Assembly (NCBI GenBank): GCA_002453155.1 | Contig: DKGG01000032.1 | Coordinates: 16,730 to 80,729 of the forward strand | Source: Bdellovibrionaceae bacterium UBA6776 | GTDB taxonomy: Bacteria > Bdellovibrionota > Bdellovibrionia > Bdellovibrionales > UBA1609 | DNA: 64,000 nucleotides | Direction of reading: 5' to 3' | In this document: positions 57,593-64,000 of the stretch, one piece after another | How the letters are laid out: each line of letters starts with the position of its first letter | Position numbering within the stretch: position 1 is the first letter of the stretch | Notes under the pieces: generated by a model | The model's database searches: none | Told to the model about the DNA's origin: nothing | What the model saw: only the letters and a program-made list of their open reading frames with translations | Made by a program: the position numbers and the translations under genes

Positions 57593-58843
57593 GTGGTTTC
57601 CTTGAAAGACAAACGCATATTATTGATTTTTTTGACGGTCTTCATCGATTTGGTGGGTTTTGGAATCATCATCCCGATGAATCCCTATTTGGCAAAAGAG
57701 TTTGGTGCAACTCCAGTCCAGGTGGGCTGGCTCATGAGCATTTATTCTTTGATGCAGTTTGTTTTTGCGCCCTTCTGGGGAAAACTCAGTGATCGCTGGG
57801 GAAGGCGCCCCATTATTTTATTGAGTCTTTTTGCCAGCGCAGCTTCTCATTTTGGGTTTGCCTTTGCGGAAAGCTATTGGGGTCTGTTTGTTTTTCGAAT
57901 GCTTGCCGGAGTGGGCGGTGGAAATTTACCTGTTGCCATGGCCTACATTGCGGACATTACAGATGAAAAAAATCGATCCAAGGGAATGGGATTGATAGGG
58001 GCTGCATTTGGTTTGGGATTTATTTTAGGTCCAGCACTGGGGGGAATCTTCTCAGGAGTGGGATTGAAGCTCGGTTCCGCTCCTCCTTTTGGTGAAAGTT
58101 TCCCGGGCATTGTTGCCAGTGCCATTTGTTTTGTAAATTTGCTGGGAGCGATCTTTTATTTGCCAGAAAGTTTGAGTGCGGAAGTTCGCAAGGATCAAAA
58201 AAATCGAAAAGTGAAATTTGAAACTCCTTGGACACGGTTAAAAAATATTTTTTTAAAATCTCAGCAAAGCGCATCTTTGGCTCGCCTTTACGGCGTTTAT
58301 TTTTTAACGGGACTTTCCCTTGCAGTGGTTGAGATTCCCTTATTTCTTTTTGTGGAAGCCAAGTTTGGTTGGACCATGGCGCAAGCCAGTTATGGTTTTG
58401 CTTACATCGGTGTTTTGATGGTTTTGACCCAAGGATATTTTATTCGCAAATGGTTGCCTCGTTTGGGAGAGAGAAAAATGCTTCCTCTGGGTTTGATTCT
58501 TTTTGGAGTGGGGCTTGGTGGGTGTGCGTTTGCTTCGAGTCCCTGGGGAATGGCCCCCTTTGTCACTTTCTTAGCTATTGGATATGGGTTGTCGAATCCC
58601 ACTCTGACGGGAAGTATCAGCTTGCTCAGTTCCGCCGAAGAACAAGGTTCAAATTTGGGAGTGGCGCAAAGCTTGGCGTCTTTGGCTCGAATTCTTGGAC
58701 CCATTTCTGGAGGATATTTGTTTGAGCAATGGTTTATGGGAGCGCCCTTCTTGACGGGAGGCTTGCTTGCTTTGACGGGATTTCTTGTGTCCTTGGCAGT
58801 TCTTAAAAAATTAAGGTCTGGAGAAAAGGAGGCGACTCCATGA
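57593..58843 (+). CDS. MFS transporter (TetA/DHA1-like)
   Basis: DLVGFGIIIP, GKLSDRWGRRP, AYIADIT, GFILGPALGG. Confidence 0.92.
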   Translation: MVSLKDKRILLIFLTVFIDLVGFGIIIPMNPYLAKEFGATPVQVGWLMSIYSLMQFVFAPFWGKLSDRWGRRPIILLSLFASAASHFGFAFAESYWGLFVFRMLAGVGGGNLPVAMAYIADITDEKNRSKGMGLIGAAFGLGFILGPALGGIFSGVGLKLGSAPPFGESFPGIVASAICFVNLLGAIFYLPESLSAEVRKDQKNRKVKFETPWTRLKNIFLKSQQSASLARLYGVYFLTGLSLAVVEIPLFLFVEAKFGWTMAQASYGFAYIGVLMVLTQGYFIRKWLPRLGERKMLPLGLILFGVGLGGCAFASSPWGMAPFVTFLAIGYGLSNPTLTGSISLLSSAEEQGSNLGVAQSLASLARILGPISGGYLFEQWFMGAPFLTGGLLALTGFLVSLAVLKKLRSGEKEATP

Positions 58844-59190
58844 TTTTGACGGTTGGACTTTTTCAATTGGAGAGCTTGGCATTAGCTTCGGCTCCCCATC
58901 AGTTTTTTGATCTGAGACTTCAGCCCATGGCGCTGCCCTCCGCTAGGGTGCAGGCCTGTTTGGACCGAGCTCAAGTTGTGGACTCTCACTTTTTAATGCA
59001 GCACTTGGAAAATTTTAAAATCGGAGTCTATGAGCCCATCATCTTGGTTTGTGAAGACGGGCGGCTCTCAAATTCGGCGGCCTTAGATCTGGCAAACAAA
59101 GGCTACGAGCAAGTTTACGTGGTTGAAGGTGGAACCGACGGGTTGCTCCGTGAAGCCGATGACTTTTCGTCTTCGGGCAACATCATGTAG
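58840..59190 (+). CDS. rhodanese-like domain protein
   Basis: FDLR, ILVCEDGRLS, GY..VYVVEGG. Confidence 0.75.
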   Translation: MILTVGLFQLESLALASAPHQFFDLRLQPMALPSARVQACLDRAQVVDSHFLMQHLENFKIGVYEPIILVCEDGRLSNSAALDLANKGYEQVYVVEGGTDGLLREADDFSSSGNIM

Positions 59191-59552
59191 GCGATGACGT
59201 AGGCGATAAAGGTAAAGCCAAAAGACGCAAACAGCAAAACCAGCGCCAAAAACCGAACCAGCCCCACATCCATCTGGTTGTTTTTCGCCAAATAGGAGCA
59301 GACCCCAAGAATCCGTTTGTTATAGGCCTGATCCATTTCGCTTTTTTTGGGAAGAGCGATGGCCAATAAAATGTAGAGTCCAAATCCAAATCCAAAACAA
59401 AGGACGGAAAGCACCAAAACCAAGCGGGTCAAACCCACAGAAATTCCCATAGACTGAGCAAGGCCCTTGCAGACTCCAAAGAGGGCGCCATCATCCGCTC
59501 GCACCCATTTTTCTTGGCTGTGACGATTGTCATTTGCTTGAAAATTATCCAT
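59115..59552 (-). CDS. tandem PspC-domain membrane protein
   Basis: Two copies of GVC..LA.....VGL.R...Y....LP. Confidence 0.85.
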   Translation of the reverse strand: MDNFQANDNRHSQEKWVRADDGALFGVCKGLAQSMGISVGLTRLVLVLSVLCFGFGFGLYILLAIALPKKSEMDQAYNKRILGVCSYLAKNNQMDVGLVRFLALVLLFASFGFTFIAYVIAYMMLPEDEKSSASRSNPSVPPSTT

Positions 59553-59662
59553 TTTATGCCCTCCATCAAATCCCCCCTCTTTTCATCAAGCCTTTGTGAA
59601 GATGTCAAGCGGCGTGGTAAACTGTCCTGTCGCTAGATCCGTTATAGGAAAGGTTTTGAGGC

Positions 59663-62332
59663 ATGATTTCAGATCGTTATGAGCCCAAAGAGGTCGAACA
59701 AAAACTGTATAAAATGTGGAAAGACAAAGGCTACTTTAAGTCCGAGGACGTTTCCACCCACCCTCCTTTTTGTGTCATTTTACCTCCTCCCAACGTCACC
59801 GGACAACTTCACTTGGGTCATGCTTTGGATCACACCATTCAAGATGCCATTGTTCGTTGGAAGCGCATGCGTGGATTTAACGTAGCGTGGGTTCCGGGAA
59901 CGGATCATGCGGGCATTGCCACTCAGAGTGTTGTGGAAAAGAAATTGGCTCAAGAGAAAATTTCTCGCCACGATTTGGGCCGCGAGAAATTTGTCGAAAA
60001 AGTTTGGGAATGGAAAGAGCAGTACGGTGGGCGCATACTTTCTCAGATGGAACGTCTGGGAGATTCTGTGGATTGGGATCGCTTGACGTTCACCTTAGAT
60101 GAGGGTGTTTCCAAAGCGGTTCGAAAAGTTTTTGTGGAGCTTTATAAGAAGCATCTTATCTATCGCGGTCAAAGGTTGATCAACTGGAGCCCGGTTTTAG
60201 AATCTGCAATTTCCGACTTGGAAGTGGAATTCAAAGAGATCAAAGGAAAGCTTTTTCACATTCGCTACAAATTGGAAGATGGATCGGGCGAAGTGGTTGT
60301 GGCCACCACTCGACCTGAAACTTTGCTAGGAGATGTGGCCGTTGCGGTTCATCCAGAAGATGAAAGATATAAAAGTTTTGTCGGCAAAAAATTAAAACTT
60401 CCTCTGACCGATCGAAGCATTCCCGTCATTGAAGATGAAGCTGTAGACAAAGATTTTGGGTCTGGCGTGGTGAAAATCACTCCTGCCCATGACTTCAACG
60501 ACTATGAAATGGGGCAGAGACACAAGCTTCCTCAAATCAACATTTTAAACAAAGATGGAACTTTGAACGAGAATGGCGGAAAGTTTCAAGGACTAAAGGT
60601 TCAAGAAGCGCGCAAGCAGGTCTTAAAGTCCTTGGAAGACGCTGGAGATTTGGTCAAAGAAGAACTGCACGTCCATCAGGTGGGCCATTGTTCACGCAGT
60701 GGCTGTGTGGTGGAGCCTTACTTGTCGGAGCAGTGGTTTGTGAAGACAGGTCCCTTGGCCGAGCCTGCGAAACGGGTCGTGGAAAGTGGAACCATTACTT
60801 TTTATCCGGAGTCGTGGACAAAGACTTATCTTCATTGGATGAACAACATTCAGGATTGGTGCATTTCCCGTCAGCTTTGGTGGGGCCATCGCATTCCTGC
60901 GTGGTACTGTTCTTCCTGTGACCAAATTACAGTTTCAGAGACCGATCCCAAGAATTGTGAGTCCTGTAAGTCGGATCAGTTGACTCAAGACAATGATGTT
61001 CTGGACACCTGGTTCAGTTCTGCGCTTTGGCCGTTTAGCACTTTGGGTTGGCCCGAAGAGACCGAAAGCCAGAAGACGTTTTATCCCACATCGATGTTAG
61101 TCACCGGTTTTGACATTATTTTCTTTTGGGTGGCCCGTATGATTATGATGGGTCTTGAGTTTAAAAAAGATGTTCCGTTTCGGAAGGTCTACATTCATGG
61201 ATTGATTCGAGACTCTGAGGGTAAAAAAATGTCCAAATCCATTGGAAATGCCTTAGACCCCGTGGAGTTGATCGACCAGTACGGAGCAGACTCTTTAAGA
61301 TTTACGTTGATGTCTCAATTGTCGGGTGGAAAAGATTTAAAATTCTCCACTCAACGTTTGGAAGGTTATCGTAATTTCATGAACAAGATATGGAATGCGA
61401 CTCGTTTCTCTCTTTCAAACTTGGAAGGCGCAGGGAAAGATTGGACGTCCTCCAGTCTGCCAAAAGCCACCGATTTGAGTGATGCGGACAAATGGATTTT
61501 GTTTAAACTCAAAGAAGTTGAAGAAGAGGTTCATGAGGCTTTTGAGAATGACCGGTTTTCAGATGCAGCACAAAGTCTTTATTCTTTTGTTTGGCACTCC
61601 TTTTGTGATTGGTACTTAGAATTTATCAAGCCGATCATGTACGGAAAAGACTCTGCAGAAAAGGAAGCCACTCAATTGGTGCTGGCCCAGCTTTTAAACC
61701 GCATTGTTCGATTGCTTCATCCGCTGGTTCCATTCATTACTGAAGAAATTTATCAAAAGCTTCCGATTAAAGATGAAGCCTCTGTATGCATTGATTCCTA
61801 TCCCACTTCTCAAATGGACAAAGAATTGTTGGAGTTGGGCTCTGAGCGCCACGCTCAAGAGGTGGACATGGTTCGTGAAGTCATTACGGCCATTCGAAAC
61901 ATCCGTGGTGAGAATCGCATCAAACCGTCTGAGAAGATCCAAGTGAAAATCAATCCACTGGATGCAGAGGTTCAAAAGATTTTAGGTTCCAACAAGTCTT
62001 TCATTATAAAGCTCGGACAGTTGAGTGAGTGTGAGATTGCACCGGTGGACTCCTATTCAAAATGTGCGGTTCAGCCGGTCACCATTGGAAACTTTAAAGC
62101 AGAAGTGGTAATTCCATTGGAAGGTCTGGTGGATTTGGAAGAAGAGCGAAAACGCATTCAAAAATCCATCGATAAACTTTTGAAAGAGCAGGCCGCTTTG
62201 GACAAACGTCTTTCGAACAAAAATTTTGTGGACAATGCCCCCGAGGATGTTGTGGAGCAGGGGCGCATTCAATTGGTCGAGAAACAAGGCTTGATTCAAA
62301 CCCTTCAAACTCAGTTGAGCCGTCTCAACTGA
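59663..62332 (+). CDS. valS: valine--tRNA ligase
   Basis: PPPNVTG.LHLGH, DWCISRQLWWGH, KMSKS, C-terminal coiled coil. Confidence 0.98.
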   Translation: MISDRYEPKEVEQKLYKMWKDKGYFKSEDVSTHPPFCVILPPPNVTGQLHLGHALDHTIQDAIVRWKRMRGFNVAWVPGTDHAGIATQSVVEKKLAQEKISRHDLGREKFVEKVWEWKEQYGGRILSQMERLGDSVDWDRLTFTLDEGVSKAVRKVFVELYKKHLIYRGQRLINWSPVLESAISDLEVEFKEIKGKLFHIRYKLEDGSGEVVVATTRPETLLGDVAVAVHPEDERYKSFVGKKLKLPLTDRSIPVIEDEAVDKDFGSGVVKITPAHDFNDYEMGQRHKLPQINILNKDGTLNENGGKFQGLKVQEARKQVLKSLEDAGDLVKEELHVHQVGHCSRSGCVVEPYLSEQWFVKTGPLAEPAKRVVESGTITFYPESWTKTYLHWMNNIQDWCISRQLWWGHRIPAWYCSSCDQITVSETDPKNCESCKSDQLTQDNDVLDTWFSSALWPFSTLGWPEETESQKTFYPTSMLVTGFDIIFFWVARMIMMGLEFKKDVPFRKVYIHGLIRDSEGKKMSKSIGNALDPVELIDQYGADSLRFTLMSQLSGGKDLKFSTQRLEGYRNFMNKIWNATRFSLSNLEGAGKDWTSSSLPKATDLSDADKWILFKLKEVEEEVHEAFENDRFSDAAQSLYSFVWHSFCDWYLEFIKPIMYGKDSAEKEATQLVLAQLLNRIVRLLHPLVPFITEEIYQKLPIKDEASVCIDSYPTSQMDKELLELGSERHAQEVDMVREVITAIRNIRGENRIKPSEKIQVKINPLDAEVQKILGSNKSFIIKLGQLSECEIAPVDSYSKCAVQPVTIGNFKAEVVIPLEGLVDLEEERKRIQKSIDKLLKEQAALDKRLSNKNFVDNAPEDVVEQGRIQLVEKQGLIQTLQTQLSRLN

Positions 62333-62349
62333 GTTTGGTCTCTATTCAA

Positions 62350-62670
62350 TCATTGAACGCAGTTGAGTAGCTGATCGCCTTCAAACTGTAAGTAAATTCG
62401 ATTGAGTGACATGTATTCGGTAATTCCAGTTTTTGAATACACTGGAATTCCTTTGATTTCGGTGGATTCAAATCCACGGCCATCTTCCGAAGCACGATAG
62501 CGAACGATCTTTAAAACAGGAATATCGACTCCGCCCATATTCACTGTGCTTAAAGTGTAGGTGGAATTGGGAACATCTGGATTTGCATTTTTGCAGGAAT
62601 AAGTTCCATCTTCATAAGCAAAGCTTGAAACTGAAAACAGTGCAATCATTGTGGAAATCAAAATTCTCAT
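62350..62670 (-). CDS. small hypothetical exported protein
   Basis: Signal peptide (SFA), GGAGG RBS, two Cys near the termini. Confidence 0.72.
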   Translation of the reverse strand: MRILISTMIALFSVSSFAYEDGTYSCKNANPDVPNSTYTLSTVNMGGVDIPVLKIVRYRASEDGRGFESTEIKGIPVYSKTGITEYMSLNRIYLQFEGDQLLNCVQ

Positions 62671-62786
62671 GGGTCCCTCCTTGTGGTTCTGATTTTCAAA
62701 CATTTTAAGTCTTTCTCAAAAAGAAAGGGAATTCAACGGAAGAACTTCAAGAGAAACGGGGATAAGAACGCTGGTTGAGAAAATCT

Positions 62787-63176
62787 CTATGCCGCTTGAG
62801 ATCGAAGAAATAGGTCTTCGATGCGATCAAAAAATGTGGGGATGTCGAAGGGTTTGCGAATCACGCCGTTCCCACCCAATTTCAAAATTTCTTGTTCGGA
62901 ATAAGAAGACTCGCCTGTGATTAGAATCACGGCGGGGGTTTTTGAATTTTGACTGCGAATGGCTTTTAAAAGATCTACACCGCCGAGAACTGGCATTTTG
63001 ATGTCTGAAACCACCAAAGAAATTTTCTGGTTTTTTAGAATTTCTAAGGCCTTCCCTCCATGCTCGGCTTGAGCGACAATGGCACCCTGCATTTCAAGCA
63101 GGTCCGCAAGTGAGCTTCTCAAGTAAGCATCATCATCAACAATAAGAATACACAAGTCCGACCAATTCACTTTCAT
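62787..63176 (-). CDS. single-domain response regulator (CheY-like)
   Basis: IVDDD, SDIKMP, ITG, RKPF. Confidence 0.88.
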   Translation of the reverse strand: MKVNWSDLCILIVDDDAYLRSSLADLLEMQGAIVAQAEHGGKALEILKNQKISLVVSDIKMPVLGGVDLLKAIRSQNSKTPAVILITGESSYSEQEILKLGGNGVIRKPFDIPTFFDRIEDLFLRSQAA

Positions 63177-63183
63177 CAATTTC

Positions 63184-63210
63184 TGATCGGAATTTCGAGT
63201 CCTGACTTGA
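63184..63210 (-). promoter_or_regulatory. sigma28 (FliA)-type promoter
   Basis: Minus strand TCAAG-N14-TCCGATCA, ending 7 nt before the ATG. Confidence 0.55.
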
Positions 63211-63280
63211 AGTCTAAGAGCCCCAAAAAGAGAGAAAAGCTGGACCAAGACGCAGGTTTTCTCTCCATGCGAGGACAAAT

Positions 63281-64000
63281 TTATTTGATCAGACCAATTT
63301 CTCGCAGACGCTCCATCAAAAAGTCATTGGCCAAAATGGGAGGATATTTCGCTCCAGATCCCTGACAGGAGGCCAAACATTCCAAAGTGGCATCGGGATT
63401 GGGGTGCATAAAGAAGGGCATGGAGTAGCGGCTTTTGTTTTCGCCCTTCGGGTTGACCACGCGGTGAGTGGTGGCCGGGATCACGTCATTGGTGATTCGG
63501 GCCAACATGTCTCCGGAATCCACAATGATATTTTCAGGTGCGGTTTCAACCGGAATCCACTCTCCCTCTCGAGTAAGAAGTTCCAATCCTGCGCCTTGGG
63601 CACTTACCAAAAGAGTGATCAGGTTGATGTCTTCATGAGCGGCGGCACGGATCGAGTTGGGGTTTGCTCCTTCAGGAATGGGAGGGTAATGAAGCAATCG
63701 CAAAATGGAACTTCCGGCCTCTGTCATCTTTTGAAAGTAATCTTTGGGAACATCCAAAGAATAGGTCAGTGCTTCAAGCATGATGCGACCGGTGTCATCA
63801 AGGGCTTTGAACATGGCTTGAAAGGTGTCTTTAAAACCCTCCACTTCTTTGGGCCAAATGTTGTTTGGAAACTGATCTTTCAAGCGATGATCTTCGGGCA
63901 GGTCTCGGCCCACATGCCAAAATTCTTTCAAATCAGGAAAAGGTGAGTCCTTTGCGTGCTCTTTTCCGAAGGGGATGTAGCCCCGTTGGCCCCCTTGCTC
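63281..64000 (-). CDS. 2-oxoglutarate/Fe(II) dioxygenase, isopenicillin N synthase family (5' end outside the window)
   Basis: Frame is open to the window end (GQRGYIPFGKE..DLKEFW); LRLLHYP, HED, HRV, RYSMPFF. Confidence 0.92.
   Translation of the reverse strand, partial: EQGGQRGYIPFGKEHAKDSPFPDLKEFWHVGRDLPEDHRLKDQFPNNIWPKEVEGFKDTFQAMFKALDDTGRIMLEALTYSLDVPKDYFQKMTEAGSSILRLLHYPPIPEGANPNSIRAAAHEDINLITLLVSAQGAGLELLTREGEWIPVETAPENIIVDSGDMLARITNDVIPATTHRVVNPKGENKSRYSMPFFMHPNPDATLECLASCQGSGAKYPPILANDFLMERLREIGLIK

Noticed and set aside
57593-58843. Acquired tetracycline resistance gene
   Set aside because: A generic DHA1 MFS transporter in a housekeeping context, with no tetR or mobile-element flanks.
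63281-64000. Beta-lactam biosynthesis (isopenicillin N synthase)
   Set aside because: It is a generic 2OG-Fe(II) oxygenase family member, with no NRPS or biosynthetic cluster visible.
1-64000. tRNA, rRNA, riboswitch or prophage
   Set aside because: No cloverleaf, rRNA-like tract or phage genes were recognised by eye. A covariance-model scan would be needed to exclude small RNAs.

Overview
Gene-dense bacterial chromosome segment, most likely from a Bdellovibrionota-type predator. This is inferred from the yggS-proC-divIVA block, an orphan tadC followed by FHA genes, many exported hypothetical proteins and GGTACCTGGCACC-type repeats. Housekeeping genes dominate: trmB, trxB, an opp-type peptide ABC transporter, AceE-type PDH E1, rplM-rpsI, truA, asd, pssA, lipA-E2-lpdA-lipB, exbBD, maf-yggS-proC-divIVA and valS. 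No rRNA, tRNA or CRISPR array was seen. The items most worth following up are: (1) a stand-alone HUH/Y1 (RAYT-like) transposase next to a probably non-coding array of three long direct repeats separated by unique sequence, with REPIN/MITE-like hairpins elsewhere in the window; (2) an intact in-frame fusion of a GNAT acetyltransferase to a compact PEP carboxylase with altered catalytic and allosteric motifs; (3) a tadC-DUF192-FHA-FHA-FHA operon ending in an apparently catalytically dead PP2C-fold protein; (4) a Cys/Thr-rich CFI-box-CTERM surface protein paired with an outer-membrane barrel; (5) a recurrent R-x-P-[AS]-S motif in exported proteins. All calls come from reading motifs by eye; no database searches were run, and several start codons were chosen from RBS position.
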